From: Diadema antillarum
Lineage: Eukaryota
Length of the DNA: 64,000 nucleotides
Assembly (NCBI RefSeq): GCF_040938485.1
Contig: NW_027270999.1
Location: 1,488,001-1,552,000 of the forward strand
Reading direction: 5' to 3'
The position numbers and the translations under genes were made by a program. The first letter of the stretch is position 1. Every line of letters starts with the position of its first letter. This document shows, in pieces, positions 10,859-24,045 of the stretch. The notes beneath the pieces are model-generated. The model worked only from the letters and a program-made list of their open reading frames with translations. It was not told where the DNA came from and searched no databases.

Positions 10859-11182
10859 GACTTGAGATCAAATCTTTTGGAAGTATTGCTGAAATTTGTG
10901 CTGTCCTTTTAGGCTTCAACTCCAGTGAATTCGCTGATCAAGAATGCGCGTCACGTTACTACGGGAATCGATTACGCCGCCGCAGATGGCGCTTGACATC
11001 AAAGAGTTAGCTTCTCTCTATAGTGAGCGACTCTTTGCATATTCATGCCTTATTAGGAGAAAGGACGCAGGCACCTCCCTCAGGCCTCAAATTTGTGACT
11101 GAATTTTGTCTGGTGGGGTAGCGCTTCAGACTCTTCATACATACTGAAATTTTGTCAACAGAGCCTGTAAATCGCAGCAACC
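10859..11182. promoter_or_regulatory. Bidirectional promoter region IFT25/HYI
   Basis: 324 bp between divergent start codons, CpG-richer than flanks; candidate X-box GTTACTACGGGAAT (10955-10968) and YY1-like AGATGGCG (10983-10990). Confidence 0.6.
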
Positions 11183-14100
11183 ATGCCGCTGAAATTTGCA
11201 GCGAACATCCATAAAATGTTCACGGAAATTCCCTTGTTTGCCGACCGATATGCAGCTGCCAAAAGGGCCGGCTTCCTGGCAGTGGAGTGTGTGATGCCGT
11301 ACGACCGGTCGATGGAAGAGATCGCCGCCGCTCGGGAGGAAGCAGGAGTTGAGCACGTGTTGATGTCAAGCCACCCTGGTGATGAGTTAGACGTAGACAT
11401 AACGAGTAACGTTTCACAGCAACTACACAACCATTCCCTTGTTAGTCTATTCTTGTTACCTGTTATTGCAGGACTCTATCTTTTCTTGACCGATGTGGGC
11501 GATAAGTACATATATATGTCTAATTCCGCGAAAACTGCTCATTTATAATAAGGCATGACATTTGCTGGGTCAGTTAAACTGACCCAGCAAATGTCATTAT
11601 TATAAATGAGAAGTTTTTTCGCGGAATTAGACATACTTGTCAGTCAATATCTTTTCATGCAAGTACACTGTAGTGCCTACTGCAGTACTGGAAGTAGTCA
11701 GCCCTGGCATTGAACCTTGTCGTAGTTAGGAATTGAACCTTGTCATAGAAAGTTAGGAATTGAAGATAGAGAGTCTGGCCTCTCTTAAGGATTTGAAATG
11801 GTCAGGAGACTAAATTTCTAAACCATTTTTCAGGGTAGACAGAAAGATCCATCTGTTCGGAGGAGTCTTTTATTATTTTTTTTTTACGTTATCACTCTCC
11901 TCTGAGGGGATCTGTGAAGCCAGATCAGATGCAGTCTCCGCGGAACATATCTGCGACGACTAGTCTAGATACAGACCAATTTTTCGGTAAATTGTCGGGG
12001 CTGACAACTTTCATGAAACGGTACCCAGGGGAGCATTTCATGAAGCGTTTTGTCAGATATTTTTTTCTGTCAAGTATGCTCTCAGCCACTCCGATGCAAA
12101 GACTTTTGTAGCTTGAGTTGAATATAAACAAAAGTTTGCTGAAGAAAAATATTTGACAAATCCTTAATGAAATGCCCCTGGGAGTTCACTACCGAAACGT
12201 GCTGTATATCAAAGGGCTAGCACTAACCTAATCCAAAAATTTCAGCCTCCTCCACTCTTAACCTGAGTGTTAATGTTACTGGGCCAGGGCCTTGGGGGAT
12301 GTTCCCCTGGCACTGATGATTCTAGCTGCCTCTGATGTCGCCTACCAAATAATTACTCCTATGGCTTTGAATAGGCCCAAAAATGAAATTATCAACCGTA
12401 ATGACGATACGTGTAGGTAAATTCAGTGAATGCAGAAATAGTAGTAAAACACAGTATGATGAAGTTGTGATCAAGTTGCCTGTGGTTAGGTCTGTGTGCT
12501 GCCGGTGTCATCTTGGTTTTTCTAAACTAGATAGCTACAACAAAGGCTGTACCAGTTTGTGATCATGTTTATTTACTTTCTCAGGCACAACAAAAGAGCA
12601 CTTGACTGCATTCATTCAGGTGTTTTTACTTGACTGCATCAAAAGGCAGGGGAAGAATAAAACCATGAACATGCGGCAATCAGTAACAAATGGATGAAAT
12701 GTGAACTGCATGATACAAAATTTGTTGTACACCTTTAAAAGTCTTAAATACCATCTATTTATGAACTTGTTAAAGTGTCAATTTCCTCTCTCAGGAAATG
12801 CAAGATGTAAATCTTACACATCATATATTCTCTCATTATGTAACCTTTGGTCACATTGCTAATTATTTCATTTTTGAAAGTATGAAGTATTCATCTCATA
12901 CCCCAAAACACACATTCTGAAACGTGTATACAGCCTTGTATTTGTTCTCATTAGAAACTGACACTTAAATCCCCTCCCTCCAAGGCGATCCAAGGTAGAC
13001 AGTGACAATGTCTCAATCTGTTCATTCCCTCAGGAGACATTGCTGCTGGCGACCGTGGGATAGCAGCCCTCCCTGGCAGAGAGGAAGAATTCCGGGAAAC
13101 GCTGGAACTCTCCATAAGCTACTGCAAGGCTCTTGCTTGCAAACGGTAGGATACATATCATACTTTACCTCCAGTGGTATGCTTATGACCCCACCCCCAA
13201 AAAAACAACAACAACGAAAAACAAAAAACAAAAACTGGAGCGCTGGAACTGACATCATTTTCCTGATTTTAATACAGAGTATAAAAAGCTGTTTGTGGGA
13301 GATCAGATCGGATTAAATCTTTCCCTTTATTCTTATAAATGTATTGTGTACTCCAGCTGAAAATGACTTGACCCCTTGTTTGATGAATGACAGGCAACTG
13401 CTGTTCCTAGTCTCAGATTGGTATAATGATTTGTGTCCAATCTAACATTTTGTCATATGATAAAGTCGAGTTGCTGTAGGCAGACCGAAGGGATTTAGAT
13501 ATTTGATCTTGGTATATTAATGATATTGATACATAATAAAAGGCAAATTCTATACATATTGTTTCTGCTTGCCAGGTTATTCTTTTTAATAAAAGAAATT
13601 GTGAAAGAGGATATAGCTTCTGCTTCGTAAGATGCGTGAGGTTACACATGTGACATAATTCTGTTATTGATAAAAAATGAAAGGTGTATATATCAGTGCA
13701 TACATTGATTTCGCAGTGAATTCTCATTCATATAAAGCCTTGATATATACTTCTTAATGTTTCATCTGTTTGTTTGTTTGTTTGTTTTCAGAATGCATGT
13801 AATGTCTGGGAAGATCCCGCCCCATGCTGAAGGTGAAAGGTCAGCCTTGCTCAAGAAGATGGAGGACACTCTTGTTGAAAATCTCAAGTATGCAGCAGAG
13901 AGATTTAAAAAGGTTGTAATTTACACCATGTTTGGTCATCTTTTTTTTCTCCTTGCTAAATCCATATCTCTTTCTCATTTGATTTGTTTAGTTTTGTTTG
14001 TTGCATTATCTAGCATTATCGTCACATTTCCTGTTTGATGGTATCTTCATCTGTCAGCTCAGATGAGTATTTTCAAAATACAATCTCTGAAAGGAGCCTT

Positions 14101-16671
14101 AAATTGAATAAGTACAAGTAATGTTCAAATCTTGTTTTCACAATTTAGAGCACCACTCAGGTGTTTAAAAGAAGAAATGTTTAAAGGGGCTGTACAGTAC
14201 TGGTTGAGGTGGGGATTCATGTTTTTTGCATTCCTAGCTGCTAAGTGAGATAATGAGAAACCTCTTATGAAATATGAAAGAGCATGTAATTTTAAGAAGG
14301 ATTCAACGTTTATTTGATGAAGATTGGTTTTCAAATGACTGAGATATCCAAAAAAGTGATAATAATAAAAGACTGCAGGCCACGCCTTTTATTAGGATCT
14401 CTTTGTTTCACCTTGTTTTTGGATATCTTGGCCATTTCAAAACCAATTTTCATCAAATAAACTTTTGATACCCCTTAGAATTGCATGCTCTTTGGCATCT
14501 CATAGAGTGATTTCTGAATATCTCGCAAAATATTAAGAGCTAAATCTTCACCTCAACCAGAACTGTACACACCCTTTAAGTTTTGATTGTCAGATAATCA
14601 TAATTTTAGGATAATGCAACAGGGGATGAGAGACAAATGCTTGAATATGCCAAACTTGGATGATATTGTAAAGCCCTCCTCAAATCACTGAAATGCATAA
14701 TGATACTGTAAAGCAAGGTATTTTTGCGACAATTCACATGAAATTTTTGCGAATTGGTGTCGACAGCCTTTTTTGTGGCATAACTTTTTTTTTTTGCGAA
14801 TTGTCACTGGCATTTGATGCATATAGTGTATGTCATGAGAACTTTCGCAAATCTTGCGAAGTTCGCGAAATTAAAATGCATGCAAAAATTGGGATTTTGC
14901 AGCATAGAGAGGTCTCTCCCAATATTTGAGAACAAATGGTTGCTAAATGGCAAATGTACTCGCTTACATTTTGGAAGAGATCTCACTTTAACAAAATAAT
15001 ATCTGTTCTATTTGATAGGAAGGGATCATGGCAGTCATAGAACCTATCAACGACAGATACACCATCCCAAATTACTTCCTAACCAGACAAGATCAAGGTA
15101 GGTCTCACACCTCTCTCATCTAGTCTTTGTGAGGTAATTATGTGTGAAAACATACACCTATAACCAGCACACCCTTAAAGAGGAATTCCAGTCCTGTTCT
15201 GAGTTGGTCTGATAAGAAAAAGTACAATTTTGAGAGTACAACTCATAGAATAGCTCTGCAGCATTACACCCGATCATTGCAAATGGGGTCTCAACTTATA
15301 CAGGAGATGTGATAGAAGAAAGTCATTAAATTTCAAGGCGAGATCTTTTGTGTTGCCAAAGTTATCGCGAAACCGTAGCTTTTAATATATGTCAATGATG
15401 TTTGGCCATGCAATAATGTAGGGCTGGTACTTAATCCAATAGCTGCTATTTTCATATCATCAGGCTACATGGAATTCTATTTGGTCTTTGCTCTGATTTG
15501 TGTGTTTTTGTTGTTGAGATACAGAGGAAGCAGGCTATCAAATGTATTTTGGGGAATGTTCCGTTCATTTTTGTGTTTTAAGACTTTGCTCTGCATACTG
15601 TGAAAGGCAGCAAATAATCTCATGTGTCAGATGCAAATCATACAACAGCTTACAACATGTGGTAATCCAAGTAAATGCATTGCGTATACAACAGTGCTGA
15701 CTGACATCTTGAATTTTGTGTCATTACAGCTGTGGAGATCATCAAAAGAGTGAACAATGACAACCTGAAGTTGCAGTTGGTGAGTTGACAACATTTGGAT
15801 CAGTTTTATTGTAATTTATCCACGCAGTTTTCCATCGATTGCAACAGTTGTTGGAATTTGATGAAGTTGGTTCTGGTTCTCGGCCTAATTTATTTATTTC
15901 CATCATACACTAATTTTGTTTAATTGCTACATTCCACATTTCAGAAGCAAAGGCAGAAAAGCACTCAGTTTGCAAACTCACACACACAAACAAAGATCCC
16001 AAACCAATCAAAGCAATGATGGATCAAGGAGTATCTTGTTTTGTAGAGGGTACGAGCTCGTTTCCCAGAAATTATCTTTGAATTTAATGTTCTGTAGACA
16101 TCTATGTATTTTTAGCTCATCTGAGCCGAAGGCTCAAGTGAGCTATAGCAATCGCTCTTCGTTCGGCGTGCATCGTGTGTAAACTTTTTACATTTTCATC
16201 TTTTTCTTGAGAACCCCAATACCGATTTTCACCAAACTTGGCAGGTAGGAAAATCGTAGGATCTCAATTTGTTCAAATGGGCACCATGCGGGATGCCCCA
16301 CCTGGGGGGCCCCCAGAGGAACCCAAACCCCCCAAAATTAAGAATTCTTAAAAATCTTCTTCTCTAGAACCAGAAGTAATAGAGCTAAGTTATTACTATG
16401 AGTTAGTACATTGATGACTGTAGTTTGTTCATGGCAGAATCAGTGGTGCCCCTCTTGGGACCCAGGGGAGGGGGATGGGGAGGGGTCCTAATGGGACCCA
16501 AATTGTACATTTTCACCTTTTTCTTGAAAATGCCATTATGAATTTTCACCAAACATGGCAGGTAGCATCCCTTGGGGATATAATCTCATTCCTATCAAAT
16601 GGGCACCATGCCCCCTGGGGGCCCAAAATCTCAATTCCATCAAATGGGCACCATGCCCCACCTGGGGGGGC

Positions 16672-16718
<47 letters not shown>

Positions 16719-19459
16719 TAAGGAATCTTAATAAGATGTTCTCAAGAAGTGATTGAGCTAAGTTAATACAATGAGTCAGTATATTGATGACTGTTGTTTC
16801 AAGTTTTGTTCATGTTAATTAATTTTTACAATTCTTCTCTAGAACCAGACTTGATAAAGCAAAGTTACGTTGTGTTTGTACATTGATGACTGTAGTTCCA
16901 AGTTTGTTGTGGGGGGGGGGGGGTGGGGGGGGGGGGGGGGGGGGGGGCAAAACGCACCTCTGAAATTAAGGAATATTCAATTATATTGTTCTCTAGAATC
17001 AAAAGTGATAGGGCTTTAAAGTCTTTTTTTTTTCAAAAACTGCATAGTCCAACATTCTATAAAGTACAGTGTATGGTTGCAGGTATTTTTACCAGTGTGA
17101 TGGAATATGTAAATGTACACCATGCCCCCAGTTCTCAAAGCTACCCCACCACAAGTTTCCAATGTTCTCAGGTAAGGGTCTGCCAGAATGCATGGAAGGT
17201 GAACTTGCGATACTCGGGTGAACACAAGACCCCCCCGCATCTCTTGTATTTACTTGATATCCTTTCTTTCAAGTAGGCACATCCACTTTCTTGTAGCAGC
17301 ACTTATGAAGAAAAAAATTGCTGTTTTGCTTGCAGCAATGAATATCAATTTGTTGGATGAGAAGTTCATTCCACTTTTGCAAAGCCAGAATGAGAAGAAG
17401 AATTGTAATTACAGAAATTAAAACTGTATAGACAGGTACATGTAGGAGAGACTAGCCGTAATAATGTGAGTAGTTGAGATTAGCTGTAACTTTTGAACTT
17501 CACATAATTTCCCTTGTCTGCAGGATATCTTCCACGTGCAACTGGTTCACGGAGACCTGACCAGAATTATCAAGGAGGTCATGCCTTTTGTAGGCAAGTA
17601 TTTTAATTCATTTTATGCAAAGTTGGAACTTGTGGAATGTAGTCTCGTAATAATCGTAACTCTAAATCAGTCCTGACAGCTACAAGTAATACCTGTTCAG
17701 TGTGATTACAAAGCTACCAACTTCTCTATTTCAAGAGTCTTTGGTTAAAATATGTTTTTCTCATCATCTGAAAGAAGAAATTTTTTTTTTTTTAATGGAA
17801 AATATGACATTTCCAAAATTTTAATTCATATGCTATTATAATACCTGTATCACAACCCCATTTGCACATAACAATATGTTGAGTTTTTTTTACCCTCAGA
17901 ATGTTTTGTTTGTGTGTGTATATTTATTTAGTGTGCTTCAGTTTGTAGGTTGATTTACTGAAGTTGGCCTCCCTGTGATTTTTAGTATTCTAGGGGTGCA
18001 TAAGCATCACACTGCAGTCATAGTTTGTGTGCCATTTGAGATTGTTCTCATTTCTCCCTCTTCCTTTCTCTCATCAAGGTCACATCCAGGTGGCCCAGGC
18101 ACCAGGAAGAAATGAGCCCAGTCTGAAGGGTGAAATAAACTATGACTATATCTTTGATGTGTTGGAGGGCACAGGGTATGATGGCTGGATAGGAGCTGAG
18201 TACATTCCCACAACAGGTTAGTGTTCGCAAAAGGCTCAGAAAGTTATATTGCCTTTAAAGTTGACTTAATCATGTTCTATTCTTTGGACTCCATTTTTGA
18301 CAACCCAGCTCAAAACCCACAGAAAGTAAGCCAAAATCAATTCATACTTCTCTGCAAAGTTAAAAAGAGTACAAGGTAAGCTCTAAGCTTGAAAATTGTA
18401 TTTTAGTTGTTTAAAATTGAATTGGCCTGACCAATTCAAAAATTAACTGAAGTAATATAGAATTGAAGGTGCAGTTTCATAGAAAAGGGAGAAAAGGGGC
18501 TTGGAAGATTTGGGCCACTGAGGTGTGCTATGCAGAAGTACAGTGTTTTCCAGCGAAGCTATTGTCCAGAAAAACTGCTAGTACATCAATATTGGTCTTG
18601 TTTCTCAGCTGCCAAATTTTGACAGTAAATAAAGCAAAGATTACTGTCCAAGGTATAAAGACAAACTTCAAAAAATTGAGTCGGTCAACGCAATGTAATC
18701 TGTGACTTTTTGTTGGTTTTGAGCTTAGCAGCCACATTTGTGAATGTGACCGTACACAATGAAAGTTTGGTAGAGTCACAGGATTTGAATTTTCTGATTT
18801 TTTTCTTTTTTAATACTTTTGTGGATTTGCTGTCAGCAACTTTTTATCATAGCTTCTCAGTGTGGCGGGTGACAAATTGTAGTATGAAGTATGAAATGTA
18901 TATCTGTCTTCTATAACTATTGTTTGAACATGTCCTAGACTAACATAAAACAAAAATTAACAAAGAGAAAGAATTATGCAAATAGTGAACTATACAACAG
19001 TGGAGGAATTTTCTAAGCAAAACCAATAGATATTCTGAAATATCAGAAACTGAATATGTTTTTGGAATTCTTTTCATAATAGCTGTCATTGCACATGAAT
19101 GTGAAATGCATTTAATGCTGTATAAAATGTTGACATGTTGTTCCTGTCATTCTGAATGAAGTGGGGGTTCATTCATCCAGAAAGAATCTACTCATATTTC
19201 CAAAAAGGCAGTTTATGACATACTCAAACACTCATGCAGCTATGCTGCCTGCAGAGAGGCAGATATTCCACAAGTTCAGAATCATGTAACATACAAAAAA
19301 TTGTTTACAGTATAATCATTTGGTGCTACTTCATATAATACCACTCCTACAAACATTTTAAGCAATGTTTGCCATCATGTTTTTCATAGATCATGTTTTA
19401 TATTTTCTCTTCCAGCAAAAACGGAGGACAGCTTGGCATGGTTTGAGAAGTTGAAGTAA
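11183..19459 (+). CDS. HYI: Putative hydroxypyruvate isomerase, 269 aa, 8 exons
   Basis: Exons 11183-11378, 13034-13145, 13792-13912, 15019-15097, 15730-15779, 17524-17593, 18079-18216, 19416-19459 join in frame (810 nt). Motifs MPLKFAANI, MHVMSG, IEPIN, QLDIFHVQ, GHIQVAQAPGRNEP, GWIGAEY, SLAWF match the HYI/xylose-isomerase-like family. Intron 6 is GC-AG. Confidence 0.95.
11515..11635. repeat. ~120-bp near-perfect palindrome in HYI intron 1
   Basis: Arms TATGTCTAATTCCGCGAAAA...GACATTTGCTGGGTCAGTT and AAACTGACCCAGCAAATGTC...TTTTCGCGGAATTAGACATA. Confidence 0.9.
14185..14575. mobile_element. TTAA-flanked MITE (Kolobok-like)
   Basis: TTAA|AGGGGCTGTACAGTACTGGTTGAGGTG ... CACCTCAACCAGAACTGTACACACCCT|TTAA. 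Confidence 0.75.
16110..17250 (+). mobile_element. Degenerate HINE-like element, family C
   Basis: T-run then 5' hairpin AGCTCATCTGAGCCGAAGGCTCAAGTGAGCT; internal repeats (TTCACCAAAC, TTCTCTAGAAC, GGGCACCATGCCCC); 3' end decayed. Confidence 0.55.
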
Positions 19460-20366
19460 ACAAGCAGCCATAGATGTCATCGTAGAGCTTGATTAGAAGG
19501 AAAGTGAGATTGTTATAATCAGTGATGTGGTGTGAAGCCTCCAAACTGTTCATCATTACTGACGGATTGATGGACACTTTACCAAAGCCAAGGTTGATGA
19601 CTGCTGTAGAGCGAGATATTTTGGCGGTATGAAATTTTTGTGAATTGGAGCTCGGCTCATCCACCTTTTACATGATATGAGATTTTCGCAAATTGCTACT
19701 GGCATTCTATGCATTTTTACTGTAGACAAGAACTTTCACTTGCGTTTTAAGTTTGTGAATCTTGGCTCTCGCAAAATTTGTGAAGTGAAAATGCCCGCGA
19801 ACATTTCTGGTGTCACAGTAAATACACGAGTGACCTTGTGTTGGTACCATATCTTGTCAAAATGAAGACAGTGTTGAAGATGACAGTGGTTCAACCTGTA
19901 GTGAAACAAACCACAGGTAATCATAAGTTTTGTTAATTTACATTGCTTTGTAACTTTATATACTCATACTTCTTTATGAATGTTACTTTGTTCTAATAAG
20001 TCTGACAATCATAAATCATGAAATATATTTAATGTCTTATATTGACTGCAGTCATATTCTGTTACAGCGTCTTACAGGTCTCTTGAACCTATGAACTGCA
20101 AGAAACATTAGAATGTTTCTGCTCTAAAAATGAAAATGAAAACATGATGTGCATGTGTTCCAGAAATGCAATAATTTCTAACATTCTCAGTAATGATAAC
20201 TGCTGTATAACATTATTTTCATCAGCATCAAAATCTATCTGAACTGCATGTAGCATACATAAAGCATTTCAGTGCATAAATTATGAGCTTGAACTCTCTG
20301 AATAACCTACATTGTACTTACTTTCCATGACTGTACCATACACTGTCTACACATAAAAGTTACTGC

Positions 20367-20410
<44 letters not shown>

Positions 20411-20513
20411 TCTACTCTTATATTATGTCATCCCAGCATAACTGCTTTTGTCCTTTAAATTCCATTTCAACCTCTTGTAACCCAAATGAAATACATTAGC
20501 TAAGTTTATAATA

Positions 20514-20700
20514 CAGGGCACTCCTGTTATAACGAACACGGTTATAGCGAAATTCCGGTTACAACGAAGTAGAAATTCAGGCCCAAACATTATCTTCTCC
20601 ATGTTCTTTATTATTTTTTGTTCAGTTATAACGGAATTTCAATATGACAAAAGAAAACTGCCAGTCCTGAGGACTTTTTTTTTTTAACGGAAGTCCACTG
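20514..20700. mobile_element. TA-flanked Tc1/mariner (pogo/Tigger-like) MITE, ~190 bp
   Basis: TA|CAG(G/T)GCACTCC(T/C)GTTATAA ... GGA(A/G)TCCACTG|TA; copies at 21706-21891, ~40030-40212 and ~48045-48222. Confidence 0.7.
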
Positions 20701-21026
20701 TACCTAGTTTTAGCGAAATTAACCATCACATGAGCTGTGTGTAATTTTATGCACTCTGCGGCAAGAGAGACTTGTTTGGGTCAGTCCCAGGTCCACTCGA
20801 CTGAGATAAATCTATCTTGAAATGATAACAAAAGTTGCTGCCACCACATACTATTCAGGGACATGTACCCTCATCAATGATATATGAATGATTAATCTCA
20901 ATACAAACTTACAGGAATCAAAGCTTGATGCTGGACACAATCTCGGGTTCAGCAGGAGAAGATTATGATATGGCCTGCGACGAAATAACAATTGCTGTCT
21001 CCTCAATCCTGTTCAGATTACTAGCA

Positions 21027-21398
21027 CAGGGTTACCAGCCCATCAGGGAAATCATGGGAAATTATTTAACTTTTTTTCCAGTTAGGGAAAAGTCAGGGAA
21101 TATGATAAAAATGCCTTAAATCAGGGAAAAGTCGGGGAATTTTGATTGACCCAAAAATCGAAAGTAGTCAGTCAGACTTCGTTATATTTTGTTATATCAA
21201 AACAACATGCCTGTGTAGTAGTACTAATCAGTTTTACATTACATTTTTTTACACTGCAAATAGTTCACTGCAACAACATAGAAAACATGTGAAACTGGAA
21301 ATTAGTTGAAATAATTATCATGGAATTTTGAGACTTCATCAGGGGAAAATCAGGGAAAAATCAGGGAATTTTGTTTTCTTGAAATGCTGGGAACCCTG
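21027..21398. mobile_element. MITE with CAGGGTT(A/C)CCAGC TIR and internal CAGGGAAA repeats
   Basis: 13-bp imperfect TIRs; no clear TSD. Confidence 0.6.
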
Positions 21399-22100
21399 TA
21401 TTAGTGCTCGCATTTACTTGCAGGGCATTAGCAGACAAACTACCAGGTTTCTCCTTCTTTGCTGGTCCATCACTCCTTTCCACAACTGCTCTTCTTTCAT
21501 TATTCTTGTTGAGCTCAGCGTATGAGGAGGAACGATTGTCAAACACGACACTCCTTTCTTCCCTGTTGTAGCTGTAGAATGGCCTCATCTTAAGATCTAA
21601 CAGAGGCCCCCATTGTTGTCACTTACTCTGGAGAAAGTTCTCGATTATTTTGGAGTTTACACAGGTTACACTGCTGATGAATAAATATGAGCGCAATGAG
21701 TGATACAGTGCACTCCCGTTATAATGAACAAGGTTATAACGAAATTCCGGTTACAACGAAGTAAAAATTTAGGCCGCAACATTAACCACTCTATGTATTT
21801 CTGTTGTTTATTTGTTTGGTTATAACTAAATTTCGATATAGCGAAAGAAAAGTGCCGGTCCCGAGGACTTCATTATAACGGGAGTCCACTGTATTGTTTG
21901 TGCAAAGCAATCAACCATGAAGCAAGACAACCCAAAATGATGCAGCTTTTGAAGTAAATTATATCAATGTGCAATACACAGCAATAGATTTGTCTCACAC
22001 ATTGACTATGCTGTCTTCCAAGTGAGAGTTTTATTTCAACCTTTTTGTTGTTCCACATGCTTTGTTTATGATAAGGCATGTGTATCATCTGCATTTTTAA

Positions 22101-22872
22101 CCCTATTCTAACTGGGCTATTTGAGACCAAGTTTTTACTGGGGGGGGGGGGGGTCAATTTGACCCCCCCCCTTCAGATCTCGGCCACCGATCGCGTGATA
22201 GCCGCGAAATTTTGCCTAAAGATAGAGCTGGATGTCAACTACAAGATTACATGGTCATACGATAGAAAAATATTTCCTTTCTATTTTCAATAAATTGATT
22301 ATGCAAATTTGTGCATGAAATTATATTTTCACCTATAACTCCATCAAAAAGACTGAAGGATTGCTAAATTTTTGTGTCAGAATTCCTGAAGACATAAACA
22401 ATTTTCATTTAAAAAAATTGCACAATCAAAATCAATTTCTTTTGTTTTTTATTATTTTGTTAATTTCGTATGTATTTTATTGTTTTTTCGACCTTTTGTT
22501 TTCTATTGTTTTTTTGCCAAAATTTGTTGCAGGCACTTTTTCAGGCTTATCTACACTAGAATTGATTAATTTCAATGGTTAAAAGTTGAAATAATCTAAT
22601 TTATATCAATTTAACCAAAAAACACAATTCGCATTGGATTTGCACACGATATCATGAATTTGAGCTGTTTTTGGGTTGACAGGCATATGCAAAACATTAT
22701 GTAACTTCAGAATGGTGTACCCGGATGTCGCAAATTTGGTCTCAAAATTTGCGGGAGACTTCAATGAAAAAAGTCCTGAAACGACGCGGCAAAATCTTTA
22801 CGCGTTGCGGAATCGTGGCGCGAAACGTCGAGGGGGGTCAATTTGACCCCCCCCCCCCCAGTTAGAATAGGG
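22101..22872. mobile_element. piggyBac-like MITE (TTAA|CCC...GGG|TTAA)
   Basis: TIR CCCTATTCTAACTGGG with TTAA at both flanks; subterminal GGGGTCAATTTGACCCC palindromes; relatives at 35828-36586 and ~33500-34005. Confidence 0.8.
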
Positions 22873-23053
22873 TTAATCCTCTGTACTTTTACTTTCACTT
22901 TACTAACTCAATTAATATTTCTCATGAGGATTTATCCGTACACGTATGTTAACACTTGCTTGTTCTTATCAAAGGTGCCAAAAGTTTTAGATTATTACAT
23001 TTTTAATTTCATAGAATTTTAGGAGTTGTTAATCATGATAGCCTTTAATATTC

Positions 23054-23198
23054 TAAAGGCAGAGAAACATAAAAATGGATTTCTTTTCTCATAGTAGGAT
23101 GGGGTTGTTTTGCTGAAATGTTTCAGCAATTTTTTTCAGCAAAATAACCCCATCCTACTATGAGAGAAGAAATCCATTTTTATGTTTCTCTGCCTTTA
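23054..23198. repeat. Fold-back element, ~65-bp arms with short loop
   Basis: TAAAGGCAGAGAAAC...GCTGAAA / TTTCAGC...GTTTCTCTGCCTTTA; ends resemble the TTAA|AGG family. Confidence 0.85.
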
Positions 23199-23624
23199 AA
23201 ATAATTTTTTGTTGAAGGAGTACAATTGTATTATGTAGTCATTCATTTATTCATACTGTTTCATAACCAACAATCTCATTTAGAAATTGATGTCAAACAT
23301 TTTTTTTTTTGTACTCTGTTATCAAATCAAAACATGTTTGCCCTTTGTATCTCATAGCACTGAATGTGCACAGTGTAAAACACTGCCATGTCTGACAGTG
23401 CATTTATTTTCTTGTCTGATGTCAGCCATTGTAATCTGTTGATTGATAGCTATTTCACTTCTCATGTAGTTGATAATTCTGTGTTTGTAAAAAGTATTTT
23501 ATTTTGATGTGACTTCAGATTAAATTTGTACGATTTTCATCAAAGCAGAATACTGTGTGTTGCTTCTTGTGGTTATGGTTGGTGAGTTCTGACCTAGGTC
23601 AAGCTTAGTTTTCTGATTTACACA

Positions 23625-24045
23625 TGTGACCCTGCATCACAAAACCAACAAAAAGTCGCCAGACATGGGCTTTTATTTGAGGGAAGATTCTAAAAGAGCA
23701 GACTCTAAGCTTTAAAATGATGTATAACTCAATTAAAAAGCACTCCCCTAACCTGTCTGAATACATGTACATGTACAAAAATGTACTGGAAAGAAAGCAC
23801 ACACTCCGGAAAAGTGTGAACTGAGAAAAGAGGCTCTGAAGTACAGGGTCTATTCAAGCGCATAATCTTTACTAGGCCATGCTAGCTGTGCGATGAAAGG
23901 GACAAAACACAGGATGTAAACCACTGGAGCAACAACAATAAAGGGATTCAGATTGACACAGTTGACCCATTTCACCTTTTTTTTATTACTCGCGTAAAAT
24001 CAAGGGGTGTGATTTTTTTTGTTGGTTTTGTGATGCATGGTCACA
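23625..24045. mobile_element. MITE family with TGTGACCCTGCATCACAAAACCAACAAAA TIR
   Basis: Internally deleted copy; longer copies at 36611-37855 and 37942-38632; related TIRs at ~18300-18740 and ~49167-49975. Confidence 0.75.
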
